Below are positions 9,872 to 21,341 of a stretch of DNA of 64,000 bases, piece after piece; within the stretch, counting starts at the first letter, position 1; each line of letters starts with the position of its first letter. The stretch lies in assembly GCA_963705255.1 (NCBI GenBank), contig OY970061.1, forward strand, positions 1,728,001 to 1,792,000. Direction: 5' to 3'. The notes beneath the pieces are model-generated. The model made no database searches and was not told where the DNA came from. It worked only from the letters and a program-made list of their open reading frames with translations. The position numbers and the translations under genes were made by a program. The DNA is from an uncultured Methanoregulaceae archaeon (lineage in GTDB: Archaea; Halobacteriota; Methanomicrobia; Methanomicrobiales; Methanospirillaceae).

Positions 9872-11581
9872 ATGATTTCTCGTCATTATTCTCTCACGAA
9901 TGGATTCTTGGTCGTATTGGTTCTGATCGCGATGCTTGCACTCGTCGCATCGGTATCAGCCGATAACAGTCAGACCATAACCGTCCCGAACTCCGGGAAA
10001 TATCCTCTCCCGCCATTGCATGTCAACAGTTCGATGGAACCGGTGATCCTGAACCAGGAACTCAGCACGGTGGAACAAACCGGTGTTTATCTGATCCCCC
10101 TCGGTTCAATCATCCTCCAGTCAGACGATGGAGTCGACCGCGTTTTTTACCCGAACGGCACCCAGTTCCTTGCCGTGTACGACACCGGCGCTCAGCATAA
10201 TCATAACGTACCAAACGGGGCGTTCGTTGATTCTGAGGGAAACATTACCTTTGTCCTTTCCGGGAACCTGTTGGTGATGACAATCATCGATGCAACAGAG
10301 AGAGGAATCGCAATGCCGACACCGGCACTGCTTGTTGCATCGTTCTCGCCCATGCCGCCGAACGAGGGAAATCCCCCCCTGAAAGTACAGTTCTCGGATT
10401 ATTCGCAGGGAACGATTACCGGTTGGAACTGGTCGTTTGGCGATGGATCTCTTTCGAGTGAACGATACCCGGTCCATACATACAGGGTCAACGGTACCTA
10501 CAACGTAACCCTTACCGTCAGCGGACCGTCAGGGACAGATACCTTCACCTACCCGGGATGCGTCACGGTCGGTCCCCGGCCACCGGTTGCACAGTTCGGC
10601 GCCGATCCCCAGCGTGCCGATTACGCACCTCTCACGGTCACCTTCAACGATAATTCCATGGGGGACATCACGGGGTGGCTCTGGACCTTCGGCGACGGAA
10701 CTACCTCGGCAGAACAAAACCCGGTGCATACCTACCAGAAACAGGGGAACTACTCAGTGGGACTGACGGTTTCCGGACCGGCTGGCACCAGTACGGTGAA
10801 AGACTGGGCCTTCATCCTCGTCGGCCCGTTCCCGCCGGTCGCTGACTTTGACGTTATTTACACTTCACATCCGGCACCATGCAGCGCTGAATTCCAGCAA
10901 TATTCCCAAGGTACGATCACGCAATGGTTCTGGGACTTCGGGGACGGAACAAAATCCACGGATAAGAAACCGGTCCATACGTACCAGAGAAATGGGAATT
11001 TCACGGTCAACCTTACCGTTACCGGCCCGGAAGGTACCAGTTCAAAGAGCCGGCCCTCCTTCATCCACATAGGCGAGCCGTTTTTTATAAGTATGGACCC
11101 GAGCGGCATCCATTCGGTTGGCGAGACGTTTAACCTGACCGGGGAAACAAACCTTCCCGTTGGTGAAGAGCTTGACTATTATGTGATGACGAGTGCCTTC
11201 AATCCGGGCGGTCCGCAGTTCGGGAACCCGAGCAATGCATCCGGGTGGATACGGGTTGTTCCGGGAACCTCCGGGAACAACAGCTGGTCGTTTCATCTCG
11301 ACACAAAGGAATTCAGGCCGGATGAATATTTCGTGGAGCTCCAGGCAACCACGTTCAATAGCGTGTACAGCATGTTCAGGTTCACACTTATCAAGGGAAA
11401 ACAAACTCCCGTAGAAACTCCACTTCTTTCACTGGTAACGCCAACGATGCAACCCCCCATGTCCGTTAATACTTCGGTTTCATCCACGACACAACCCTCG
11501 CCTGTGCCTCTTATTTTCACGCTGTCGGCATTGGGCATCATCGGTGTAATTTCGTCAATGCAAAAAAAGTGGAGAGGCTGA
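9872..11581 (+). CDS. PKD-domain surface protein (3 PKD domains + Ig-like domain) with C-terminal anchor
   Basis: Three WxFGDG...PVHTY...V.LTV.GP.G repeats; TM plus basic tail. Confidence 0.9.
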   Translation: MISRHYSLTNGFLVVLVLIAMLALVASVSADNSQTITVPNSGKYPLPPLHVNSSMEPVILNQELSTVEQTGVYLIPLGSIILQSDDGVDRVFYPNGTQFLAVYDTGAQHNHNVPNGAFVDSEGNITFVLSGNLLVMTIIDATERGIAMPTPALLVASFSPMPPNEGNPPLKVQFSDYSQGTITGWNWSFGDGSLSSERYPVHTYRVNGTYNVTLTVSGPSGTDTFTYPGCVTVGPRPPVAQFGADPQRADYAPLTVTFNDNSMGDITGWLWTFGDGTTSAEQNPVHTYQKQGNYSVGLTVSGPAGTSTVKDWAFILVGPFPPVADFDVIYTSHPAPCSAEFQQYSQGTITQWFWDFGDGTKSTDKKPVHTYQRNGNFTVNLTVTGPEGTSSKSRPSFIHIGEPFFISMDPSGIHSVGETFNLTGETNLPVGEELDYYVMTSAFNPGGPQFGNPSNASGWIRVVPGTSGNNSWSFHLDTKEFRPDEYFVELQATTFNSVYSMFRFTLIKGKQTPVETPLLSLVTPTMQPPMSVNTSVSSTTQPSPVPLIFTLSALGIIGVISSMQKKWRG

Positions 11582-11583
11582 TA

Positions 11584-12981
11584 ATGAACTTCAGCCTTCG
11601 TTCGCTTACCAGCGGTTACTTGATCGCTGTTGTCCTGATAGCGATGATGGCATTTGTCGTACCGGTATCGGCCGATAAGAATCAGACGCCGATCATTCCT
11701 GACTCCGGAAAATTTCCCCTCCCGTCGCCAGTCCCGGCTATCGTACCCGTATGGACCTCTCCGGTTTCGTTGAACGACAGCGTTTATCCAAACGAGAGGC
11801 CTCTTTCAATTTCCGATGGTGGCGACTCGTTGGTAGGGTCATCAGATCATACCATCGATTACCTTGACCGGAATGGCACGATACTCTGGAACTATCATAG
11901 TCTAAAGGATATCCGGAATGTCATGATATCCGGCGATGGGTCCACGGTTGTCGCAGGATTCTGGGATAATTCGTTGTTGGTTTTCGACCGGAACGGCAAT
12001 CAAACCCTGAATATTCAATTTGATACCTGGATTCCGGCGATTGCGGTATCGGAAGATGGGCGTTACATCGTCGTTGGGGAAATGAATCGGACTCTTTCCG
12101 GGGGTCGTATTTCATATTTCGATCATGGCAATCCCGTTCTCTGGAATTACACAACTCCTGTTCCTATCGTGAGTATCGCAGTATCTGACGACGGGCGATA
12201 TGTGGTCGCCGGAGGATTGGGATATGATTCGTTTCTTTCCCCGGGTGATAATGATGTATACTTCATGGACAGAACCGGGCGCTTGTTGTGGGTGGACAGG
12301 ACACTCGGCGGGAATAGTGTCGCAATGACCCATGATGCGGGGTACGTCGCCGTTGCCTCTAAAGGAAGAAACCGGATAACGCTGTTTAATCGTGAGGGGA
12401 TATCCCAATGGTCCTACAAAACCGGGGCTGACATAACAGACGTGTCACTATCTTCATCGGGAGATAAACTGTCAATCGTCATCAATCCGGATCAATCACT
12501 AGGCAATCAGGAACCCTCCAAAATACTCACCTATAACCGCAGGGGCAAGCTGCTCTGGACCTGGCCGCTCGCCGGCACCAATCACGACGAGATTTCGAGC
12601 TCGGGTATCTCCGGGGACGGAAATATCGTCGCACTCGGTACCACTGGGGGAAAGATTGTCGTGCTTGATGGCAAAGGCACGGTGAACTGGACGTTTGACG
12701 CCCGGTCACGGGTTAAAAAAATCTCGCTTTCCCGGGATGGCCAGTATGTCGCAGCTACGACAGAGAATGAATTGTTCTTTTTCAACCGCAGGAACAACCA
12801 AACAATTCCTATGGTTATGATAACACCGACAGCAGTTGTTGACTTCCCAAATCAGTCTTCTACAGCGACGAAAACTCCCACAAAACCACTGCCCGCACCG
12901 CTATCGCTCTCACTCGTAACTTTTGCGATTGGGTGTGGTGGTGCAATCGCCACCATCCAAAGGAAACGGAGTGAATCCTGA
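11584..12981 (+). CDS. WD40/PQQ-like beta-propeller surface protein with C-terminal anchor
   Basis: Repeated (I/V)SxDGxYVVAG...G.LLW blades; signal peptide; TM tail. Confidence 0.85.
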   Translation: MNFSLRSLTSGYLIAVVLIAMMAFVVPVSADKNQTPIIPDSGKFPLPSPVPAIVPVWTSPVSLNDSVYPNERPLSISDGGDSLVGSSDHTIDYLDRNGTILWNYHSLKDIRNVMISGDGSTVVAGFWDNSLLVFDRNGNQTLNIQFDTWIPAIAVSEDGRYIVVGEMNRTLSGGRISYFDHGNPVLWNYTTPVPIVSIAVSDDGRYVVAGGLGYDSFLSPGDNDVYFMDRTGRLLWVDRTLGGNSVAMTHDAGYVAVASKGRNRITLFNREGISQWSYKTGADITDVSLSSSGDKLSIVINPDQSLGNQEPSKILTYNRRGKLLWTWPLAGTNHDEISSSGISGDGNIVALGTTGGKIVVLDGKGTVNWTFDARSRVKKISLSRDGQYVAATTENELFFFNRRNNQTIPMVMITPTAVVDFPNQSSTATKTPTKPLPAPLSLSLVTFAIGCGGAIATIQRKRSES

Positions 12982-13097
12982 TGAAAGTATCAGCAGATTG
13001 TCGGGATTATTGCGGGGATGGAGGGTGAACAGGAGAATCTTACATCCCTTATTCAGATTTTTAATAGGCAACTATTGTTTTCAAAAACTTTTATATT

Positions 13098-13117
13098 GTC
13101 AACATGCATACGTTGAC
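13098..13117 (+). promoter_or_regulatory. Operator candidate GTCAAC-N8-GTTGAC just after TATA box TTTTATAT
   Basis: Inverted repeat between TATA (13089-13096) and the regulator start. Confidence 0.6.
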
Positions 13118-13119
13118 TT

Positions 13120-13566
13120 ATGCTTCTGCCCATGGACGAAAAACAGTTCACGTTCTGGAAGATGCGGCGCAGCGGAACCCCGAACGTCACTATCGCCAAC
13201 CTGCTGGGTATCTCCCGGCAGGCCGTGTCCAAGGCCCTCCTTGTCATGGACGGGAAGATAGAATCGGCGCTCCGCGAGATGGCGCAGGCAAACCAGATCG
13301 CAATAGAAAAGATCAACCCTGTGCGGGGAATCCTGCTCGGGCGCTCGATGCCATTCCAGACTTCGGCGATCATCTTCGTCTCCGAAAAGCACGGGATGCA
13401 GGTCTGGTACGAGCACGATGGCGACTGCGGAGCGTGCCAGCGGTACACCGAATGCATCGAGCTGCTCTGGGATTATGCAACCGAGCTTGGAATCAAAATC
13501 AGGAAGACTGCCGACCCGACGAGGATGGCTGAGGAACTTTTTGTGAAAGTGAAGGAAATTGTATGA
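13120..13566 (+). CDS. HTH regulator with HxxxCxxCxxxxxC metal-binding motif
   Basis: IANLLGISRQAVSKAL HTH; HDGDCGACQRYTEC; start could be 13132. Confidence 0.8.
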   Translation: MLLPMDEKQFTFWKMRRSGTPNVTIANLLGISRQAVSKALLVMDGKIESALREMAQANQIAIEKINPVRGILLGRSMPFQTSAIIFVSEKHGMQVWYEHDGDCGACQRYTECIELLWDYATELGIKIRKTADPTRMAEELFVKVKEIV

Positions 13567-14576
13567 CTGCACGTGTTTCTGAAATTATCCGGGGCTGGCT
13601 CGGCTGGTGCCCGAATGCACAGCCCCTGCGAACCACACCCCCGGTTATCGCAACTCCACCGGTCACTATTCATCCTGCACAGCCCGGTGGCGGGGCCGGG
13701 AGTCCGGGACGGATCGATCGTGGGATCAAACTCGCGACGGGAAGCATACGGATCCTGTTCCGGAACCGGGGGCTTCTCTGGTTCTCGCTCCTGGCCGGCC
13801 TTGTCATGATCTTTAGTCTCGTATCGAGCCTGTACCTCCAGTTCCTCTCCGGCACTCCGCTGTTTCCAGGGACAAACCTCGTGACCGGCCCTGCTTCCGT
13901 CCTGATCGCGAGAGGGTCGCTTCCCTGGATTGTCCTGACATTCACCATCGGGCTGATAAGTGCATTTCTCAGTTACTATCTCTTGGCAGCGCTGATCGCC
14001 TGTGTTTCGCTCATCATTTCGGGCCGGGCCGCAACCATCCGCGACGGACTGGCGCATGCCGGAAGCTGCCTGAGGCCTCTTCTCAGCTGGGCGGTGATCG
14101 GGGCACTCATCGGAACGGTGTTCTCTCTTATCATGAACCCTGCCACGACGACGCCTGGTTCGACGGGAAACGTTGCCATGATTTTCATTTCCATTCCATT
14201 CGTGGCCGTTTTCTATGTTCTTACCCTGTATGTCGTGCCGCTCCTTGTCCTTGGGAATGAAAGCCTGATCAATGCAGTCACGGGATCGTTATCCCTGTTC
14301 AGGAAGACATGGAGGGAGATGCTTGTCTGTTTCATCATCTTCTTCCTGATTGCATTTGCTGTCCTGTTGACATCCCTGGTCCCCATGATCGCGATCGGGT
14401 TCAGTGCTGCGACGGCGGGTTCCATTGTTGTTATCTATATGCTGGTGATGATCGTCCTGCTTTTTATCGGCTCGACCGTCCTGGGGATCGCCATTACCGG
14501 CCTCTACACCTATGGAAAGACAGGAACCCTGTCCGCGATGTTCGAGAGAAAACGGGTTGGGGGTGAATACCCATGA
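13563..14576 (+). CDS. Multi-TM protein with N-terminal GWLGWCP (DUF1673-like) motif and DUF6159-like body
   Basis: SEIIRGWLGWCPN; about 6 TM helices. Confidence 0.8.
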   Translation: MTARVSEIIRGWLGWCPNAQPLRTTPPVIATPPVTIHPAQPGGGAGSPGRIDRGIKLATGSIRILFRNRGLLWFSLLAGLVMIFSLVSSLYLQFLSGTPLFPGTNLVTGPASVLIARGSLPWIVLTFTIGLISAFLSYYLLAALIACVSLIISGRAATIRDGLAHAGSCLRPLLSWAVIGALIGTVFSLIMNPATTTPGSTGNVAMIFISIPFVAVFYVLTLYVVPLLVLGNESLINAVTGSLSLFRKTWREMLVCFIIFFLIAFAVLLTSLVPMIAIGFSAATAGSIVVIYMLVMIVLLFIGSTVLGIAITGLYTYGKTGTLSAMFERKRVGGEYP

Positions 14577-15673
14577 CGACTCGCGTCTCTGAAGTAATCC
14601 GGGGCTGGCTGGGCTGGTGCCCGAACAAACCGGTTATGCGCACAGCCCCGGCGATCCTCGTAGTTCCTTCGGCCACGGTAAATCCCGCGCAACCATCCGG
14701 CGGGGCCGGAGGGTCCGACAGGATCCGGCGCGGGATCGGTATCGCCACGGGGAGTATAAAGACCCTGATCAGGGACAAACGGCTGCTCTGGTTCTCGTTC
14801 CTGGCCGGCCTCGTCATCCTCTTCCTGATCGCGGCAGAAGCATGGATCGTTGCACAGAGCGGAAGCGCCATGCCATTCCTTGTATCTATTCCACTGGGAG
14901 AATCTTTCCTGGTGTTTGATACGCGGATCTTCCTCCTGCAGGTGATCTCTCTCTCCTGCTGTACCATGATCCTGGCAGGGCTGGTCCAGTACCGGGCCCG
15001 TGAAGCCGTTGCAAAGCCCCTCACGATCCGGGAGGCATTCCCTGCGATCAGCCCCTATTCCGGCACCCTTGCAGCCCTTTCGATCGCGATGGCATTCGCC
15101 GGGACTCTTCTTACGGCAATCGCTACCCAGACCCAGATTGTCGGGAAGATCGTGTTCAGCATCTCGATGGCTGTATTCTACCTGCCCTATGCGTACTACC
15201 TCCCGGACGTATTCAGTTCGGCGCTCTACTTCTCGGCGATCATCATGGCCATAACAATCCTCCAGTTCCTGCTGGCCCTCTATGTCGTACCGGGCATCGT
15301 GCGGGAGAATAAGGGATTGCTTCCTGCTCTTGCCGGGTCCGTTGCACTCATGAGAAAGACATGGCGCGAGATGCTGGGCTGCACCCTCGTCTTCGGGGCA
15401 ATCGTTCTTGGGGTCGCTGCCATAGCGCTCGTGATCGGCCAGTCGCCCCTGCTGCTCAACCATGACTACGACTTCTTCCTCTCCCCCTCGCGCGGACAAC
15501 TGCTGATGACGGTTGTCTGTTATGGTTTCATCCTTGCCTGCGGGATCCTGATGGCGGTCGGCTCCACAGTTATGGGGATAGCGGTCACGGACCTCTATGC
15601 CTGCGGAAAGACAGGTCCGGTTCACCGTATGCCGGAAACCGATACTCCCATTGTTGCGGAGCCCGCCCGATGA
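14573..15673 (+). CDS. Paralogous multi-TM protein with GWLGWCP motif
   Basis: SEVIRGWLGWCPN; aligns with the upstream gene. Confidence 0.8.
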   Translation: MTTRVSEVIRGWLGWCPNKPVMRTAPAILVVPSATVNPAQPSGGAGGSDRIRRGIGIATGSIKTLIRDKRLLWFSFLAGLVILFLIAAEAWIVAQSGSAMPFLVSIPLGESFLVFDTRIFLLQVISLSCCTMILAGLVQYRAREAVAKPLTIREAFPAISPYSGTLAALSIAMAFAGTLLTAIATQTQIVGKIVFSISMAVFYLPYAYYLPDVFSSALYFSAIIMAITILQFLLALYVVPGIVRENKGLLPALAGSVALMRKTWREMLGCTLVFGAIVLGVAAIALVIGQSPLLLNHDYDFFLSPSRGQLLMTVVCYGFILACGILMAVGSTVMGIAVTDLYACGKTGPVHRMPETDTPIVAEPAR

Positions 15674-16427
15674 GCCGGGTCTCTGAGGTAATCCGGGGCT
15701 GGCTCGGTCTGGTGTCCGGACAGAATAGTGGCGCCGCATTCCAGAACATTTCAGGCAGACAATCCCGTGTCCTCGATACCTATCGGCAGCCGTGGATATA
15801 CGATGCAGGACGTGACCATGGATTATGGTTCAACCGGAATGTCGATACCGCTCTTTACCGCCATCCTTACCGGCACAATTGTGGGATTGTTCGCAATCAT
15901 GAAATACGGCCTTTTTGAAACCTGGTCTCAACTTGGATTGATAATGGTGAGTATCTTCATTCTTGGTGTTGCTGTGCGGATGGTTCATCAGGATATTAAA
16001 AAAGTGATTATCGAATTTAACCCGGATGCTATCACCGTCCGGTGGCCCCTCTTCAGGCCTGTCATCATTTTAAAAGACGCGATAACAACTATCGAGGTCC
16101 GGAAAAATATCCACCATTCGCACCGGTGGCTTTCTCGTGGTGCGATTGCGATCTTTTTCGTTGGTGTCATCCCTACCATTCTGTTCAGCGGGCAATCACA
16201 GTACCTTTCTCGGGTGATTTCCCGGGTCTCTTTCACGGTTTTCGTCACATACTATCTCAGCTGTCAGCGTGTTTTTCGGGTCGCTGTTCTATCGCGGGTA
16301 TATCCGATCGCGCTATTCACAGGTGCTTGCGATATCCACGAACAACAAGAAAATCGTCGGCTTGTTTGTCGATGATCCCGGCAGGATATCGGAAATGCTG
16401 TCGAAGTGGCGTGAAGTGGGAGTCTGA
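15670..16427 (+). CDS. GWLGWCP-motif membrane protein; frameshifts ~15708 and ~16259
   Basis: MSRVSEVIRGWLG-WCP restored by removing 1 nt; corrected frame ends SKWREVGV. Confidence 0.65.
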
Positions 16428-16429
16428 AC

Positions 16430-17043
16430 ATGTATCTTTCGCAGACAATCCGGAAATATCTCGGCTGGTGCCCGCGAACCCACGCGCTGCCGCTACATCT
16501 TCCGGTCCTGAAAGATAATTTTTCCGAAGACACTCCGGCACAGGAAGGCGGAATCCCTGCACGTACCGGATGGTCACAGCGGTACAGGAACCAGGTACTT
16601 CTCATGGCGGTTGCTTTCACTCTGGCCGCCTTCCCGGCAGTGACTTTTTTCCAGACTAACGATCCCACGAGACTGATGATGTACATCGGTACAATCACAG
16701 GACTTGGGTTGTTTGCCTTCTTTGGGCGGTGGCTCTGGAACAGTTTCGAGATGCTGGCAAAAGGTATGACGATTCAGACCGGGCCGGGGAGTACATCATT
16801 TCGTTCTTTATCGCCGGTGCAATCCCGCTCGGTGTCGTTCTCCTCATCGGAGCATTGCTCGCACTTATCCCACTTGCAGGTGCTCTCGCGTTCCCCGCGT
16901 TTGCTACGGGATTTGCCTTCGTTCCGTGGTACGTTCTTGCGCTGATACTACTGTGGGAACGACGAACCGGGTGCACGCTGATGTTCGACAAAAAAACCCG
17001 TTCATTCACCGCAGCGAGGTGCTCCGGCAATGCATATGACTGA
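16430..17043 (+). CDS. DUF1673-like membrane protein (YLGWCP); frameshift ~16788
   Basis: SQTIRKYLGWCP; continues GPG-EYII in ORF 16729..17043. Confidence 0.7.
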
Positions 17044-17284
17044 AACCATCCGGCCCCATCAACCAGGCCGGTAAGAGTCAACTCAACAATCCATCTCATC
17101 CTTATCGCCTGTATAGTATCTGTTCCGATAACTGCCCTGCTCGTATCGGCCGTCTCATCTCCGGGAGATGCAGTCTGAGATTTTCCAAAATCCCGCGAAG
17201 TCATCAGAACCTACGACCTATACATATATATTTCAAATCCCATATTCCTTGACAGAAGAATTTTGATCTGTCTGAGAGATTTCG

Positions 17285-20200
17285 ATGAAATCGGTGCTCT
17301 ATGTTGACGACGAATCCCCACTTCTCGATCTATGCAAACTCTTTCTTGAGAGGACCGGAGATTTCACTATCGATACGCACACATCTGCACAATCAGCGCT
17401 CGAAGCACTAACAAAAACCTCCTTCGATTGTATCGTTTCCGACTACCAGATGCCCGAAATGGACGGGATCCGGTTTCTGCAGGCACTCCGTTCCCAAGGT
17501 GATACCACTCCTTTCATTATTTTTACCGGTAAAGGCAGGGAAGAGGTGGCCATACAGGCACTGAACAGCGGGGCAGATTTCTATCTCCAGAAAGGAGGTG
17601 AAGCAAAAGCGCAGTTCATCGAGCTTGCCCATATGATCACCCAGGCAGTTCGCAGAAAAAGGGGAGAGGAAGCCCTGCGGGAGAGCGAGAAGCGGTATCG
17701 CAACGTTGTCGAGAGCCAGACCGAATTTATCGTCCGGTTCCTCCCTGATGGCACGCATAAGGTTGCAAATGCCGCCTACTGCCGGTATTTCGGGAAATCC
17801 TGCGAAGAGATGATCAATTCCCGGTTTATCCCAAACATCCAGGAGAAGGATAAAGAACGGGTACGACAGCACTTTGTATCCCTCACGCCGGAAAACTCTG
17901 TTGCGACCATCGAATACCGAATCGTTATGCCAGACGGCAGCGTTCGCTGGCAGCAGTGGAGCGACCGGGCGATATTTGATGCAAACGGTACCCTGCTTGA
18001 GTATCAATCGGTGGGGCGGGATATCACTGAACGCAAACGGGCCGAAGAGGAACTGCTCCGCAAGAACGAGGAACTCCAAGCTGCGTATGAAGAAGTGACC
18101 ACTGCAGAAGAGGAACTCCGGCAAAATTATGATGAACTGGTGGCAATGGAAAAAAAGTTGCGTGAAAGCGAGCAGCGGTACCGGAATGTAGTCGAGGACC
18201 AGACCGAGCTCATCTCACGATTTCTTCCTGATGGTACGCACGTCTTCGTGAATGAGGCCTATTGCCGGTATTTCAATAAAAAGAGGGAGGAGATCCTTGG
18301 GACGAAATTTATTCCTGAGATCCCTGAGGAAGACCAGTCATTTGTCAAACAGCATTTTGCATCACTGAACCGGAATACACCGGTTGCAATGATTGAACAC
18401 CGTATTGTCATGCCGGGTGGTCAGGTACGATGGCAACGGTGGAGCGACCGGGCGATCTTCGATGCAGATGGTCAGGTAACCGATGTACCAGTCGGTCGGC
18501 CGGGACATTACCAGTCGAAAAGAAGCCGAAGAGTTGTTACTAAGGAGTGAAATACGCTATCGCAGCCTCTTTGAAGGAGTTCCCGTGGGGCTCTACCGTA
18601 CGACTCCTGCAGGACAGATCCTGGATGCCAACCCGGCACTTATGCACATACTGGATTATCCGGACCGTGAATCGCTGCTGGCGATCAGCGTTCCTGATCT
18701 GTATGCAAACCCTGAGGCTCGCAAGGAGTGGCAGGCCCGTATCGGACACGAAGGGACAGTGCGCAATTTCGAAGTGCAATTCCGCACGTGTGACGGGATC
18801 ATCATCTGGGTACGGGAAACCAGCAAGCTGAGTCCGGGATACCAGCGGCCAAATAGTGTACTACGAAGGGATCCTGGAGGATATCACCGAGCGCAAGCGA
18901 GTGGAAGAGGCGCTTTTGGGACGGGAGATCCAGCTGACCAATGCGATGAATCTCGCAAACCTTGTGAACTGGGAGTATGATATCGATTCCAGAATGTTTA
19001 CATTCGATGACCGGTTCTACGAGCTGTACGGCACTTCAGCCGAAAGGGAAGGAGGCACCCTCATGCCTGCAGACATTTATTTTCGGGAATTCGTCCACCC
19101 GGACGATTTACCGACTGTTCTTAATGTGGTACGTGCAGTACAGGAAACGATCGATTCCCAGCATACCGCACAGCTGGAGCATCGCATCATCCGCCGGGAT
19201 GGCGAAGTGCGCGACATCGTTGTCCGTCTGACAGCAATCGTGAACAACGAGGGGAGGATTGTCCGGCACTTTGGAGCAAACCAGGACATTACTGACCGGA
19301 AGCGGGCCGAAGATGCGCTCCGGGAAAGCGAGGAGAAATACCGTGCGTTCTTCACCACATCCATGGATTGCGTGTTCATCACGTCGATTGACGGGAGATG
19401 GTTAGACTTCAACGATTCAGCTGTCCGTTTCTTCGGCTATGCAAGCAGGGATGAACTGCAGAAAGTCAATGTCAGGGACCTGTATGCGAATTCACGTGAC
19501 CGGAAACGCCACCTTGCCTATATCAGAGAGAAGGGATATTCAAAAGAGTACCCGGTGAATCTGAAGAAGAAAGATGGCACGATAATCAACACGCTCATAA
19601 CGACCGTTCCGCGAAAAGACAGGGATGGCATAATCATCGGTTTCCAGGGTACGATACAGGACATCACTGAAAGTAAGCAAATCGAAGAGGAACTGCGTCG
19701 CAAGAACGAAGAACTCCACGGAGCATACGAAGAATTAACCACGACCGAGGAGGAGTTGCGGCAGAATTATGACGAACTCAGCAAAGCAGAACGGAACCTG
19801 CGCGAAAGTGAGGGGAGATACCGGGTCATTTTCGAAAATACCGGGACTGCCACGGTCCTTGTCGAAGAAAATACCATCATAAGCCTTGCCAATGCCGAAT
19901 TCGAACGTCTGTCGGGGTATTCAAAGGAGGAGATCGAGGGGAAAAAGAGCTGGACGGAATTCGTGGTGAAGGAAGATCTGGATCGGATGTCCGACCAGCA
20001 TCGCCTGAGAAGGGAGAGACGAGAGGCCGCCTTAAAGCATTACGAGTTCCGTTTCATCACAAAGTCCGGCGATATTCGCGATATCCTCCTGACTGTTGAC
20101 ATCATTCCGGATTCGAAAAGAAGTGTTGCCTCCCTGATGGATATCACCGAACCTAAATTAGCAGAAAATGATCTGAAGCGTAAAAATGAAGAGCTGAATG

Positions 20201-21329
20201 CAGCCTATGAACAGCTGACCTCCACTGAGGAGGAACTCCGCCAGAATTACGAGGCGCTGACCAGGAGTGAGCAGGCACTGCGCTCAAGCGAAGAGCGGTA
20301 TCGCTCGTTATTCAGGAATATGCTTGATGGATTTGCATATTGCAGGATGATCTTTGAAAAAGAACGTCCTGTGGATTTTACCTATCTCATCGTCAACAAC
20401 GCGTTTGAAAAATTAACAGGATTGAAGAATGTCACCGGGAAAAACGTCACGGAAGTAATTCCCGGCATTCGGGAGTCCAACCCGGAGATATTCGAGATTT
20501 ACAGCAGAGTGGCGATGACAGGCAGGCCTGAGAGGTTTGAGGTTTACCTGGAATCATTGAAAATCTGGCTGTTTGTGTCGGTCTATAGTGGAGAACGCGG
20601 ATATTTTGTTGCAGTATTTGACAATATCACCAAACGAAAGCAGGATGAGGAATCTCTCCGGCATGTGAACCGGCAACTCAACCTCTTAACCAGCATTACC
20701 CGGCACGATATCCTGAACAAGACTACCGTACTGCTCGGATATCTTGATCTGGCAAAAATGGAATCCCAGATCCCCGTCAAACTTGCCGGGATGCTGGAGA
20801 AACTCGAAACTGCCACGCGGGCGATCCAATCCCAGATTGAGTTCACCCGTGTTTACCAGAATCTCGGGACACACGAGCCTCAATGGCAGAATATCAACAG
20901 GGCCATACCGCTGGAACTCGTTCCTGATACTGTCAGGATAACTACCGATCTTCCTGCAGTCGAGGTCTATGCAGACCCGATGCTCAAAAAAGTCTTTACT
21001 AACCTGCTGGACAACTCGCTGCGCCACGGTGGAAAAGTTACGACCGTGAAGGTCCTCGGGAATAAATCCCCGGAAGGCTTCATTATATTCTGGGAGGATG
21101 ACGGGATCGGTGTTGCAGCCGGAGAAAAGAAAAGATCTTCGATCTTGGGTACGGCAAAAACACCGGGCTTGGTCTTTTCTTCGCGAGGGAGGTTCTCACC
21201 ATCACCGGTATTACCATCAGGGAAACGGGAATACCGGGAAAGGGCGCACGATTCGAGATTACCGTTCCACCGGGGAAATACCGGTTCACCGATGTCGTGC
21301 CGGCACGTAACCCGGACACCATGACCTAG
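17285..21329 (+). CDS. Hybrid sensor histidine kinase: REC, ~7 PAS, HisKA, HATPase; frameshifts ~18484, ~18826, ~21131
   Basis: VLYVDDE and SDYQMP receiver; PAS repeats; TRHDILN H-box; NLLDNS; corrected tail FDLGYGKNTGLGLF. Confidence 0.9.
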
Positions 21330-21341
21330 GCAGGTACCGCT

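Noticed and set aside
10340-11070. PKD or PAS repeats as a DGR template/variable pair or a CRISPR array
   Set aside because: In-frame protein domain repeats; no reverse transcriptase, cas genes or spacer pattern in the window.
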